A stretch of 64,000 nt of DNA from Raillietiella orientalis (taxonomy: Eukaryota), in assembly GCA_036172245.1 (NCBI GenBank), contig JAYWIR010000005.1:1612001-1676000 (forward strand). Direction: 5' to 3'. How positions within the stretch are numbered: the stretch's first letter is position 1; the number at the start of each line of letters is the position of its first letter. A program made the position numbers and the translations under genes. Shown piece after piece: positions 25,201 through 38,587 of this stretch. The notes beneath the pieces are model-generated. The model was not told where the DNA came from and made no database searches. It worked only from the letters and a program-made list of their open reading frames with translations.

Positions 25201-27299
25201 AAAGCGGGTCAGGTGATGGCTCCGGCCGGGGCGCGTCCACGCGGCGCACGTGGGCAGGAGGGGAGGGCTGCAGGAGCAAGTCCGAGGAGGAAGGGGCGGC
25301 CCCTGAAGAAGGGAGACGCGGCGGCACCGCTTGCGGAGCAACGGAAGGATGCCCATAAGGCCGGAGCCACGCCCGCGAAACTCCAGCAGGGTTCAGGCAG
25401 GCCAGGGGACCCCCTGCATGGGATACCCTCGACCCCCGCGGGGAGAACCGAGAGCGCTGCCGCCGCAGGGGTCCCGGAGGAACCGGCGGGCGGCCTTGGA
25501 AACCGCAACGGAGCGCCTCCCGCCGAGTTCTTGAGACGTCCGCAGCGGCGAACGCCGAGGGCGCCATCGCAGGGGGAAAAGCGGAGGCGGGGAGGACCTT
25601 CGCTCCCGGTGGCGCCTCCCCCGAAGGAGTCTCCACGTCTCCAGGGCCGGTCTGGTGCGCGCCGCGACCGCAACCTCTCCATCCGGGATGCGCGGCAGCA
25701 GCCTGCAGGGGAGAGGCGCGCGGGGGAGGCGGAGCCACTCCAGGAGGAAGGAGCGGAATGAACCGAATGTCTACCTTAACAGGGTGCGAGGCGCCCCAGT
25801 CCCTTCCGGATGGGACGGCGCCAGCGGGAATGCTGGGGTGGCGTGCGCGCGACCTCAAGGACCGGGTCGGGAGGGGAAACACCCGTCCCCGAAGCTTTGA
25901 GCAGGGAAGGCGCTTTCCTGAAGGATCCTCTGCGGCGGAAGTGGAAGGACCAACAGGGGAAAGAGCAGAGACGACGCTGAGGAGGAGGGGGAAGGGAGAG
26001 GGAAGAGAGGAGAGAAGAGGAGGAGGAAGACGGATCTGCTCCCCACGATGAACAGGAGAGAGAGATAACTCAGTGGTGCGGTGAAGAGTGGAGTCCCGCG
26101 TGAGCGCTCCTCAGAGATGTGGGGGAACTTTCGATGCAGCCGGAGGGTCCATCGCGGGCACCTCGAGTCGCCCCTCTGAGGGAGGAGGTGGGGAAGGAGA
26201 GCTTCCCGGGTTGCGCGTTACTTATGGGCTACAGAAAAGTCCTGAAGGTGGCGCAGCGGGTAGAAGGTGCGTGAGCCGGCAGCCTGGAGAACCGCCCGAA
26301 GGGGTTTCTTCCTTCCCGTTCCTCCTGCTCGGGAGCTCAGCATCTCCCGTGAAGCGCCCCGTCATGGACCTCCGCGACCCACGAGAAGAGAGCCTGGGGA
26401 CGCGAGGCGGCTCTCGAGTGGGTCTTCCGCCCCGATCCGGAGGAGTCCCCGAGGAACCGTCGCAGAGTCGGACGCTGCCTGCCGACGAGGTCGTCTGAAG
26501 ATAGCACGGGGTGAGGTCGATGGCCCCTGCCCGGGGTAATCATGGATCCGCTGCCACCATCGCGCGCCGCTGCATTGCGCTCATCCGATGCGAGCGGTCG
26601 CGCAGACGCGGGCGCAGCCTGTCCGTGCCAGTGCCCCCCTAGGAGGGGCGGTGGAGGGTTCATTTGGCCGCGCTCCCTGCCTCGGGCAAGGCGCCTCTTG
26701 CCTTCGTCCTCCTCCCGACGAGGGCCGTCTCCTTGGTGACGGCGTCGCCTCCTGGACTCTCGTAGGCGCCGATGCGGTCAACCTTCGCTCCGCCAGGGCG
26801 CGAGGCGCTAGTCCACCTACCTCCAGGGATTTCCTCTGCCTTCCCGTTCGGGCGGACGCCTCGCGCCTGGACGGACTCGACCGTCCGCAAGCGGCTCGAA
26901 GGAGGGCGCAGGAGAAAACTGGGGATCCCTGAAGGGCTGCCACTCCCTACCCGCGGGACTGGGCTTGCGAGGGAGCCCGGAGGGGGCGCAATGGGCCTAA
27001 AGCCAGGGAGGGAGGGGAGGGCAGGACGACGACGATGGCGGCGGTCGCTGGTGGAGACGGCGGTGATGAAAGAAGCAACAATGACGAAAACGACTTTCTT
27101 GACAGGGATTTTGATGACAATGACTTTGATGGCGGATAAGGCATCTGCGGCGCCAACGGCGACGACGATGACAATGACGATGACAACGGGGGGGGCCATG
27201 GTGGCGGCGGTCATGGCGACAGCAGGGAGGGAGGGATGCCCATGGAACGAGTCGCCTTGCTTGCGCCTTCCTGCTAACGTCACCGGGAAGCTGAGCACC

Positions 27300-28400
27300 C
27301 GAGGCGGGGATGAGGTCATCCCTGCCGCGCGAGGGCTGACCCGTGCAATCGACGGCGTCGTACCCCTGGAGGGAGCAATGCGCCGGTCTCCGGCGCCCCC
27401 CCTTCCCACCTCGGCAGGAAACCGGGAGTCGCCTTTTTTTCCCGTGGGCTCATCCCCGCCCCCGGGGCAGCGCGCGCGTTGGAGCGAGCGGCTGCGGCAG
27501 CAGCTGCAGCGAGGGATGCGAGCTGCGCTGGCGCCACTCGCGCCCACGATCGGTTGGCTTCCTCTCGTTTCGCGAGATGAATTGCCCCACGCTCATGGCA
27601 ACCGTTTCCAAGGAACGACTTTTTCCCGTCCCGGGAATCCCATTAGGAAGAGGGAAAAGCGGGCAATTAGAGCAGCATCCATCAGGGAGGCGTCTCGGGT
27701 CCGCTCTCGCAGCCTCCGCGGTCCAGCCGCTCCCTGCGGGACCAGCGGGCGCGCGCGGAGGCGCCGGGAAACGCCCGAGGGGCCTTGCGAGCTCTGCGGG
27801 GGGCTCATCGAGGGCTGAAGGCCAGAAGGATTCGTCGCTGCCGGGAGACCCCGGGCTCGCTAAACCGGCACGGCAAGGATGCCCTACGCGCGCGTCCTTT
27901 CCTCCTCCAGCCTGGACAGAGCACTTCCTTCCCGTGCCGGATCCTGGCCGTGGGAGAGGTCATTCGATCTGCAGGTTGCTCCTCCACCCTCATCCAGTGA
28001 CGCAAGCCCCGGGGACAGAGAGGAGTCGATGCGTGGTCCCTCTGCTGGGGGACGAGGGGCGGCTGGAGGGGGTCCTCCCACTCTTTGAGCTTCGGACGGC
28101 CGAGATCTTCCGAAGGCCGCCCACCGAGAGAACAGGGTCGAACTAGTGGCCTCCTGATTGTGCCCCTCGTCCGGACGACCGTGCGAAGGACGCGGCGCAT
28201 AGCTCCCTGGTCAGCTCGTGCCCTGGAGGTAAGGGCGGCTTTCGCGACGGCGACCTCAGGCTCGGGCGCCTTTCGGTGGGTACACCGACGCTTCCTGGGA
28301 CCCGAGAGCTGGAATGCCACCTCTTCTTCCTGAAATGCCCATCTGGGGGAGACTGCAAGGAGTCGGTGCAGGCAGAGACGACTCCGCTTGCCGAGGGAGG
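27300..28400 (-). mobile_element. Possible decayed LINE RT remnant
   Basis: A frameshifted GAQSGG/PLV.P.LF segment resembles GVPQGS.L.P.LF; composition is like the other remnants. Confidence 0.25.
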
Positions 28401-29049
28401 GCGCCCTAGAGTGTAGACCGCTGGGCAGGCTTCAGATCCTTTTTGTGGCCTCTCCTAAAGCCCCATGAGTGCATCTCTCATCCCCACATCTTCTCGCCCA
28501 TAGATCTCTCTTCCTATGAAAGATCGGCGCCATCCCACACTAGCCGAACCACTCCACACCCTTTCAACCCTCCCACCTTCAAGGGGACCTCCGTCCTTCA
28601 CCCGTGCCTCTCTCTCGAGAACTGCCTCACTGTCTACGGGCCTCCCGAGTGGATTTTGAGGATTGAATCCCGCAGCTTCCTCTCCCGTGTCCTAGAAACA
28701 CCCCCACGTCTCGAAGATCGATCGAGTCTCTTGGGGCTCCTCCAGAAAGCACCGAGATCCTCCACCCTTCCTCTTCCTCCTCCTCCCTTCCTCTTCCCTT
28801 CTTCAGCTTTCTCCCTCCCTCCTCCTTTTCCTGCTTCCTTCCTTCCTTCTCCCCCTTTTCTTTCTCTCCTCCCTTCCCTTCCTCCTCCTCCTCCCTCTTT
28901 CTTGGTGCTCCTTCCACAGCACTGTCTTGCAGTCCCATTCCTTTACCACATTGTCGTCTGCTTATTAAGGTGGGGCTTCGCCGAGCCCTGGCGGAGAGCA
29001 GGCACCAAGGAGCGCATCCCACTATTCTCTAGCGGAGAGTGATTCGAAA

Positions 29050-32000
29050 GCTTCTCAAGACGGTTGTGGGCAGACTGAAGTCGCCCATTTTCGTCCTACG
29101 CAGGTCCACAGGAATCGGCTAGTCGCTGCAAACACTGACGGTTCACTCCCCCTATTTACTCGCTCCGACTTCCCTCCCTTGCGTGGTCCCCTGTGGGGAT
29201 GGGTTCCCTTAGTTTCTTTTCCTCATTGGCAATCCGGGTTTGGGTCAAGAAGCGTGCTGAGTGGGGACCGCTGGAATTTTGCGGGTAGACTCCTCCTCCG
29301 TCGCCCCATGTGCAATTGGTCCGAGGGGGAGGTCGGTCGCCAGAGGGCGGCCTCGACACTGCTGCCGTGAGAGCGTCTGCTGTTGGCGCGGAAGGTCCGA
29401 GGCAAACCATGGAAAGACGGGGAGGGGGAGCATGGAGCGCCGATCCCGCTCCGTAGTGACGAAGGCGCGGGGAGACTGGGACGCTGGCTACCGCAACATC
29501 GGGGATGAAACCGGGGTTACCATGTAGATTTCGTGCAGCAAGACGGCTACTACGATGCTGAAGGCGAAGGGGGAGGGGGGGGGGGGCAGAATGAGTATGC
29601 GCGTGCGCACGGAGAGAACACGGAAGGGCCCGAGACTCCTGCGCCCAATGCACCAGAGACAGGTTGCGGCGCGTAGCTCTCTCTCCCTTGGCGGAGGAGC
29701 AGTTCTGCCTGGAGCGGGTGGGTTCTGGCGCGACTCTTTCCGTGGAGACCAGCGAGGAAGAGGCAGGCGTCGTTCTCCCGGGATCGAATGGCTCGGGGAC
29801 TATGGTCCATGCAGTTCCTCTTCCGGCGCATGGCAAGGGAAGCGTCGGCCCCAATGCGCCATGCACCCACCGGCACTAGCGGACACAAGGGAAGACGAGC
29901 AACGGGTTTCGGAACCCCCCACTCAAGCCTTGGGGCGCTCCCGCAGGGATGAGGAGGGAGACAAGGAACATCCGCTGCAGAGGCCAGGAAAAGGAGGGCA
30001 GCCTGCAACTCGGGACGTCCGGATCCGGATGGGCATGCCCTTCAGGCAGAGGGATGCGACGGACCCTGAGCTTTTTGCTCGCTCGCTTCTTTGCCCTTGA
30101 GCAGCAAACAGGACAGCGGGCAGCAAACGGTGGAGGGCGCAGGAGCTGGAGAACTTGCCCTGAGACGAACGGTCCTCCTTGCGGAGACACTGGGAACTTC
30201 TCACCTTGCTGACTGCAACCGGGCCTCAAGACACTGGCGGCTCTTGGGTGCAACGGGAATCCTTTATTTATGCAGATCTCCAGGTGTCCGGAGAGACACG
30301 AGGGCCGCATGCGCTGTAGAAACGCGTGCTGGAAACCTCGAAACGGACCAGGAGTCTCTCCGGGCCCCAAGCTGCCCAGGAGCGCACGAGCCCGGAGTGG
30401 CTCAGTTCTTCCTCGCTCACAGCTGCCCTTTGTCGTCGCGCTCTTCTCTCAGGATCCTCCCCGGAAGGTGCGGTGAGATGGTCCGTCGCCCCTGCTCCCG
30501 TCTTTCGCTGAGAAGAGCAGCAGCACCAGAGAGCCACGAGGGCTCTCCCTGGCGTCATACGGGGAAGCGGCTGGTGAGAGCTTTCCGGCGGGCACCAGCG
30601 CTGGAAGCACCTGTCCTCCCATCTAACAGGCAACGCCCCGAGGGAAAGACTCGGTGGCCTTCGCGCGCGCCCTCTCTCAGGCTCGTATATCCTCCCTTCC
30701 TCTCCTTCGGCCACCCTCCAGGGAAAAAAATACGGAATTCCCGACCCATTGGACCCAATCCTCTCTTCATGAGCTCTTCGGTGACCCCTCTGTAGGTATT
30801 GAATCCTGCGCAAGGATGACATCCTCCGCAGAGATCCGCCAGGAGGAAGACCCGCTTACGAAAGTCCTCCCTACTGACTCACTGACCGAGGGCCTCAGGC
30901 GGTCCTCCTCGGACGCGGGATGGTCGCAGCCCCGAGAGATCTGCTGCCCTACGAAGGCGGCTGCCCTGCAATCGGTGTATCGCAACGGAGCGGTGCGCCC
31001 TTGTTGGCAGAGGTGCCTGCGGGCGATCTGCAAGGTTCGCCGAATTTCCGACCGCCACTAGTGAATGGGCCAGCTGACTCTCTCGGTGGCACTGTGGGAC
31101 TTGGCGCCCCCTGCGGTAACGAAGCCGGTCTGGGTGCATCCCGGAGCTCGACCTCCTGATGACCTCCCTATGGTCACTAGGTAATCCTACGAGTGGACTT
31201 TCTTCACCAGGCCTTCTGGCTGATCCCTCCATGACGCGTCGGCTCCACCCAGATCTGTCGAGCAGAGCAAGAGGCCTGCAGGGGAGATTCGATGAAAAAG
31301 GGCAGAGGCACTTTGGCGCCGGACCCCCAGGAGGCAGACAGAGTGGTCGCTCTGGAAGCTGCCATCCAGCCAGGGTCGGTAGACCTCCGTCAGACCGCGA
31401 TCAGGTGAATCGGGCATCCAGGGGTGATGGGAAGGACAGATAATGTCCTGAAGCCATCCCACCCCAGCAGATGCCATCAGAGGAACGCGTGGTCCGTCTG
31501 CGGAGTGTGAATGCTTTGCGGGGAACCCGCCTCCATCTGGCGCGCCCTAACCCATGATTTCTATTTTTGAATTTCAGCCGGTGCCAGTTGGACAAACCAT
31601 GGCTCTCGCCGCGATGGCGCCGTGAGGAACTTCGGAAACCTCTTTCCTTCGGGTTGCCATGGGAACTAGAGACGCAGCTGCATTATTCACGAGAGCATCT
31701 CACGGAATCTTCTGTTCGCTTCATCTTCCCCCTCGACCACCAGGCCGATGTCAGAGGATGCTGTGCGGCACTTAGAACCCGAGCCACAGTGCGCCGTGTC
31801 GTGTCAAAGGTCAGGGCTTCTGCAGCTTTCTCGTCTACCGCGCACTCCAGGAGAAGGCGCACGAAGTGGGTCCGAGGGCACAGTCTGCATCTGCGTCCTG
31901 GAGAAACGGTCGAAGCAGCTCTAGCAGCCGGTCTCCGCGAAGGGGCAGACAAGCGGTGAGCCGCGGTACGGCTCACCGGTTACCAAGGGCAACGGCGACA

Positions 32001-33420
32001 AAACCAGGAAAGGACTCCTCGACGCACGCTTACCCACGTCCCAGAGGACGTGGGCTCCATGGGTGCTCGGGAGGTGCGCAGCCTTAGAGCCTCCGAAATG
32101 GTCCGGGCGACCTGAGCACGCAGTCGCCCGGAGACCCGGCTACTCTTCGCGGCCTGCCGATGGCGCCTGTGGCGGCGCGCGTCTCCTTCTCTGGAGCATC
32201 CCGTTCTCGAAAAGTCCGAGTCAGGGGGCTGCCTGACTGCCGCGTTCCCGAGAATCCCGGAACAGCCTCCGGCCCCGACGCCATTGTCCGCATCGCCTGA
32301 AGGAGGGACACCCGCTACCGAAGGAGGAAGAGGAGAATTCTCAAGGTCACGCAGCCCTGACCGAAGGTCTCTGCTCCCTGTGAGCGCGTGCTGGCCCTCC
32401 TGGAGCATTCAGCGTCATGGGTCGCTACGCTCGGCGATCCCGGAGACGTCTTCGATCCCGGGAAACAGAAGCGCTGCTCCCTTCAGGACATTCGACTTGC
32501 CTGGAGAGGGGGCACCCCACCACTCCCGGCCTCCGACAGTTCCAGACGACTGATCGGGGCTCCCCGTGGGGTACTGGTGACTCAGGCCACAGGAGGAGCC
32601 TCGCCAGGACGCGGGAGAAGTGGCGCGCCAACGTGGGCCCAGCGGCACGCGCTAACCGGCAAGCAGCGTGCTCGCGTCCTCCCCTCTGGCATTGTCTCGC
32701 AAGCGCCTCCAAGCAGCTCCCACCTAGGCAGACGACACGCGTGGAGGGAGCAGCCCATCCCACCGTCACTAGACGCGTCGGAAGTCCGTCCCCTTGGAAA
32801 CGGGAAACGTGCTCTCAGGTGGAGCGCTTCGTCCGTCCCCTTGGAGTGCGCGCGTTGCACCGGAGAACGGATCCCTCGTCACAGCGGCGGAAGAGGGGAG
32901 ACGCCCTCGGGTGGAAGAAAGGTTCCTCTCCTCTACCTGACCTTCCCTATACATTCGGTATCCAAAGTTCCTGAAAATTAGTTCAAGGCTAATCGTCACC
33001 GACTCCTTTCCTTGAAAAGAGAAGGCTGGGAGCGGAGACTCCATGTGTGGCTCCACCCGGAGGTTTAGTAGTTGACGCACTCACCTTGGGAGAAGCCGCG
33101 ACACGGTGGGATAGCAGCGAGAGCAGAAATCCCGGCGATTCGAGCACCCTGTGTCCTGGATCGCATCGCTCCTTCCTGCCCTTCCCCTCCCCTTCTCTCG
33201 GAGCGAGCCGGTAAGGCGGGTGCGTCCGAGAGATCACCGAGAGTCTCCTGACGTTTCGACGGTCCACCTCTCGCCGCAGCGGTGGTGGGGCGCTCCCTGA
33301 GGCAGCTTTTGAAGTTGCTGCAGATGGCGTGGTAGTAGGGAGACCTGATGGGGGAGCAGGGCATTGGGAGAAGCCAAGGGACTCGCGAAATTCTCTCACA
33401 CTGTCTCTCTGCAGCGAGTC
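29050..33420 (+). mobile_element. Highly decayed non-LTR retrotransposon (LINE) ORF2 remnant
   Basis: Eroded RT motifs appear in the expected order across frames: FGLPWELETQLH..EHL (cf. QFGFR..ST..QL), FIFPLD (cf. VFLD), WVRGH (cf. WI.SFL), LFAA/ADG (cf. LFADD), GAPTWA (cf. YAAP.W). Many stops and frameshifts; recognised by eye only. Confidence 0.45.
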
Positions 33421-33473
33421 CGGCGCATGCAATCAGCGAACAGACTCCATCTTATGCCATTACTGGAGAAGAA

Positions 33474-33625
33474 CTATAATAGAATGCATGTCTCCCCATC
33501 ACCAGCGTCTATCCGGGCCTCATTGTTGGCGAAGGGCTATAAATAGAATGCATGCCCTCATCACCAGCGTCTATCCGGGCCTCATTGTTGGCAAAGGGCT
33601 ATAATTAGACCAGCGTCTGTCCGCA
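33474..33625 (+). repeat. Tandem repeat, ~63-bp unit, two copies plus a partial third
   Basis: CTATAA(A)TAGAATGCATG..C.CATCACCAGCGTCTATCCGGGCCTCATTGTTGGC(G/A)AAGGG is repeated head-to-tail. Confidence 0.92.
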
Positions 33626-36600
33626 GACCTGTCAACATTTGTGTCCAGCTGGCTTACTCAGGACACAAATGAACAGCGTATCCGCCTTATCTCTCGTCTG
33701 GATGCACTGGTTCAGTCTGTGGGATCAGAACGTCCATATCGGAAACGAAATCTTCAGGGTATGTGAACAAATCTGCCCAGCCGCCCCTAAATCAGGGTGA
33801 CTCACTTCGAAGTCGCCACCGGCGAATGAAAGGATCAAAGGATGTGAGGTGAAAAATTCGAGATTTGTTTTTTGACACCCACATGGCAACTGACGTGCTG
33901 TGCGGTGGACGCAGTTTCGCATGCCGATCGCGTGTCATCTGTCCATCACGAGATGATCGCCGTGTGCGCGCATGGGTGATGACGTTTCGGTATGCACCTT
34001 GCATCCGCTCGGCTAATGGCACTTTGTAAGGCTACTTTGGATTCCAGGGAAGGCGCCAGGTTCAGGGAAGCTCGAGCACTTTCCGGCCGTCTGAGGGCAG
34101 TTAATAAGCACTCGTGTCCCACGGTTGGGACCGACGACACTCCTCGCAGACCGTTCGTTTGCTGAGCGGTGAAAAATTCACGAGTTTCGTGCCAGGGATA
34201 AATTAGCAGCAGCACTCTCTGTGGCCCCATCCTGCTGGTAACGTGGACCCCGCCGGGTTCGGGGAAAAGGCGCCGCCCCAAACCCGAGCTTTCTCTGAAA
34301 CGCTCGGGAGCCATCTGATCCTGAAGGAAATCGGGTCCGCCGGTGTCGCCGCCAGCTGGACATGCGGTCGAGTGCTCCTGGCGCGGAAGGCGGCTTGGGC
34401 GCCTCTGCGTAGTGATGATCCCAGGATCTTTGCAGAATCCTCAGGAGCAGCTGCTCTCGGGGCCACGCCATTCCATGCTGGGCGCCAGCAGCGAGGCGCG
34501 AAGTCCTCTTGGCGAGTCACTGCATGCCAGCCTTTCACGCGGCAGGAGGTGACGCGAGAATCTCACCTTCCGCGCCCCCGTGCGGTTCCGTTCTTTCGGG
34601 AGCGTGCTTGAGCGGTGGCTTTCGTTCAGGCGGATGCTGGGCGGGTGGCTGAGGCCGTTCTGCCCTAGCATGCATCCGTCCCCACTGACCACTGCCGCGA
34701 TAACCTTATTCCTCCTCCTTTTCTCTTCCTTCTCCTCCTCCACTCCCGTGGTCGAAAGGTGGGAGTCGCCGCCGTGGACAAACTCACACAGAGGACACGA
34801 CATGGATAAACTCACCTGCGTAGGAAGGAGGGCACATCCGCCCTCCTTCCTACGCAAGAGCAGGGAAATGGAAGGAACGGGAAGAAGTACACGAGGTCAG
34901 GAGACCCTGAGGTGGGCTGGGCCAGAGGCGAGAAGGGACGACGGGTCCGGAGGAGGGAAGGGAGAAGAAGGCTGAGCCAACGAGGGGTTCTCCCAGGCGG
35001 AACGCTGTACGCGAGCGCTCGGGGAAGCTCGGGGAACCGGAGACAGCGTTTCCAGCGACGGCTTCCCAGCATGGACTTCCTCTGGAGCACCGAAGATCCG
35101 GGAGAGCGACTCTTCCGCCACTCTCGCTATTGCAAGGTGGCGTCGGCCCCTCCACACCTCCCACCCGTAGGGACGGATAGGAGTGAGAAGGGACCAACAA
35201 AGTCGGGGCGGGTTTTCCCCTCTGCTCGAGGAAGCGATCTGCTCTGACTTTGTTGCTGCAAGCTGCTCCTTTTTCTGCACCTTCCTGGCATTTTGCGATC
35301 TTGGCTCTCTTCCGTCACTGGGCAACCGCACCGTGTCGCAAATCCGTTCCCTAGGCGGACCCCCATCCAGCGAACAGCGCCTGAGGGGCGCGCCCTCCCG
35401 GTCGTTCAGGAGTGCCGAGGCTTTGACGGCAAGCGCTCACGATCGAGATTGATCACCTCCTGAACCGGGCCCATGACTCCCCCGCGGGAAGGCTCCGAAC
35501 GATCACCCCCCGCATGGCCATTTGCCTCTCCCTTTCCTTGGGTCGCCTCTGGGAGCTGGAAGGAAGCGGAAGGAAAAGCGACCGCTGCGCCCACACGAAG
35601 CCGCTCGCGTTCCGCGTTCTCGGCAAGCAGCGCCCTCCCGCCGTCCGCGGCTATTTTTAGCATCCGCGCAGTCGAGGGAGAAAAAAAAAAAGGAAGGGGG
35701 GAGGGGAGAACGGCGAGGAGACCCGCTCGAGCGCATCGTCGCCCGCGCGGAGGAAGAAACTTCGCTTCGTTCGCGCCCCAGTTAGCGCCGCCGACCGGGC
35801 GGAGTCCGGCAACGACTCCGTGCGCCCCGAGTGGGTAGCGAGCGCGCGCGCGTTGGGTAGCGGACCGAACGCCCTTCACGTCTTTATGACGAAGAAGGGC
35901 ACCAGCCAGCGGGAGGGCCCTCTTAGGGCCGTCCCGCCCCCACTGACTTCAACCTGTCCGGGGGCGCCTTCCGGCTATCGGGGCTCCCGCGTTCCAAGAA
36001 GCCATCCTCCCCTCCTCCCTCGGAGTAGGCGACTTCCCCCCGAGAGGGCGGGGGCATACCCGGCCCGAGGAGGAAGGAGGAAGGGTGGCATTGGCGAGGC
36101 GAGAAGTTCCGCACCCTCCACACAGGTGGCAGCACGGCGGCGGCGAGCACGCCTGCGCGCGCCTCCTCCGGTGTCCCCTTCCTCCTCCCGAAGAGTCGCT
36201 GCGGGGAAAGGAGACGAGGTGGGGAGAGGGGGAAGAACCGGGTTCTCTCGGTGAGGGAGGGGATCCCAGCCCTTCCCGTTTTGGTCGCCAGAGAGAGGCG
36301 AGCAGGCAGCTGGCGTCCGTTGCCGAAGGAAAGGCCTCACGTAACTGCGCCTTCCCCGGGAGCGAGGCGCCAGAACGAGATTTATCTTTCTCCACAGGAC
36401 TCCCCTGCACCTCCCTGCGCGCCGTTCCACATCACCAGATGGCGGGACGGCAGCGGGAGGACTGCTCGCGTGCTCGGCGCGGAAGGCACCGCAAGGCACG
36501 GCGGGTATGCGGGAGATGACCGGAGTGTGAGGCCACGTGAACGGCTCTCTCCAGAGCGATGCGGGGCGAAGAACCGAGGAGAACCCGACGGAGCGAAAGG

Positions 36601-38402
36601 AGCGTACAGGAAGCGGCTGTGCATAGTCCCGGAGGCGCGGCGGCCGGTCGTCCCTTCGCGCGCGCGGATGCCGGCGCTTCCTTCTGCCCGCTCGGTGCGC
36701 ACCCGGGCGCGTGGGTAGAGCCCTCTCCCCCCTCCGTTCCCACCTTCCCCGCGGGTCCCGATTGCGGGCGAGCCGTCCCTGTGGAGACGCGCCGGAAGGG
36801 CGAAATCTGGGCAACCGTTCCGGGCGAGCAGCGCCGCCGCGGGCCCGGGCGCGGAGGGAGGGCCCCTGCGGGGGCGGCTGCGGCGGCCGTAAATCAGGAG
36901 CGCAGCTTCGTCCCATCCATCAATCCGCGCCGCCAGGCGTTCGCAGGTGGATGAAAGGCGCGCCTGGCAACCGTTGCCGCGCAGCCGGCCGCTCGCCGCG
37001 GGGGCGCGCCGGTCGCCTTCCCTTTGATCTGCCCGTTAATTAAGTCCGGGATTTATGCCGTTGCCCCTGACAGTTCGGATGGAAGCCCTTCGCGCCCACC
37101 CGACGCCCGGGGATGGCTGCCGCCCACCTCCCCTTCCGTCCTCGGCGGCCCCTCGAGGCAACCATCCTTGCCGGATGAGGAGGTACCTCGACTGAAACGC
37201 CCTCGGGCGCATCTGGGCCAGCGCCAAGGATGGCCGCAGCGCACCTCTCCAACGCCGTCCCTGCCCGCCCCTTCAAGATCCGAGGTCACCGAACTCGAGT
37301 GGTCAGCAACCTAGCAACCGAGAGCGTTGCCATGGAGGAGGGGGAGGGGCTGCCTTGACCGGTAAGAAAGAAGACCACGCGGAGGCGCCCGCGGGTCGGC
37401 CCGCCGGAGGCATCGCCTGGGGCACTGGAACGGCGCTCGGAGGCCGGGGTCCCCCGCTGACCGGCCGGGACCGGGAGCGGGTCCTCCGGGGTCTTCCCAG
37501 GAGGCGGAGGACTCCTCCTGGGACGGACGGATGGACCGCGAACGCGTAGCGCCGGAACAGATGAAGCTCGACAACCCTCTCCGACGGACTGCAGAGGTGG
37601 ACATCAGCGAGCTACAGCATGGCTACGGGCTCGCGAGACTCCCTGCCGAAGAGTAGGGGCTCCGGGTGGTCGTGTCCACTTCCCGTCTCAGAAGAGAGCT
37701 GTTGGAATTCTCCAGCACGGGGCTGGGACTGGGAGATCTCTCTGGGGCGGTTCACAGCACAGCGTGGAAGGGGAGGGGGGAGGTGCGGTCAGGGGTCTTC
37801 CGCGCAAGAGGTGGCAGCCAGGAGCTGCCGCTACAACCCCGCGCGTCGAGTGGAGCGGCGTCCGGGGTCCTCCCAGGAGAGGCGCGGAAGACCCTGGACC
37901 GTGTCCTCGGAAGCGACCCGACGGTGCAAACACGGAGAAGGGAAGGCGGAAGCAGGAATGGGAGAAAGTGGGGTGGGGTGAGGTTTTCCCCACTGTGACA
38001 GAGCCACCGAGTGGGGGTTGGCATGAAATGGAACTCCGAGGCCCTCCTCTCTCGCTCCCGCCTCCCGCGGCCGCCGCCGGGTCACCGCGACCGCCTGCGA
38101 CCCCAGCACCACCGCAACCGACGAAACTTCCTCACCCTGCCACCCCGCTGCGCCCATCCCACCGCTCTCTCCGTGCGAAGTCGGAGCCGGCAGGGCTGGG
38201 AGGGGGAGCGCCTCCACGCGGTCTCCATCCTTCCTGGGCAGGTCCTTGGTCCCTTCGTCATCCCCCCATGGTAACGCGCCCGGTTGCCAGGCTGCTCATC
38301 CCAGACGCCGATCTGTGGCCGGGAGAGCAAACAAACCCCGAGCAAGGAGGGTCTCGTTGCCAGGATTGGTTAAGAAAGCGTGTTCTGTGGCGTCCGTCCG
38401 AC

Positions 38403-38587
38403 AGGAAGGGGAGGAGGAGAAAAAGCAAAGGAAGAAGGGAGGAAGAGGGAAGAGGAGGAGTAAGGGAAGAGAAAGGAAAGAAAGAGGAGAACGAGGAAGG
38501 GAGAAGGAGGAAGAGGAGGAAGGGAAGAGGAAGGGAAGGAAGAGGAAGGGAAAAAGGGAAGGTAAGAAAAAGGAAGAGGTGGGAAGG
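38403..38587 (+). repeat. Polypurine (GGA/GAA) low-complexity tract; similar purine or pyrimidine tracts at 22370-22521, 23586-23711, 25980-26030, 28760-28900 and 43095-43295
   Basis: About 180 nt that is almost exclusively A/G. Confidence 0.9.

Noticed and set aside
27034..27230. Asp-rich mini-ORF (MAAVAGGDGGDERSNNDENDFLDRDFDDNDFDGG*)
   Set aside because: It lies in a degenerate GAC/GAT/GGC trinucleotide tract with no splice or homology support.
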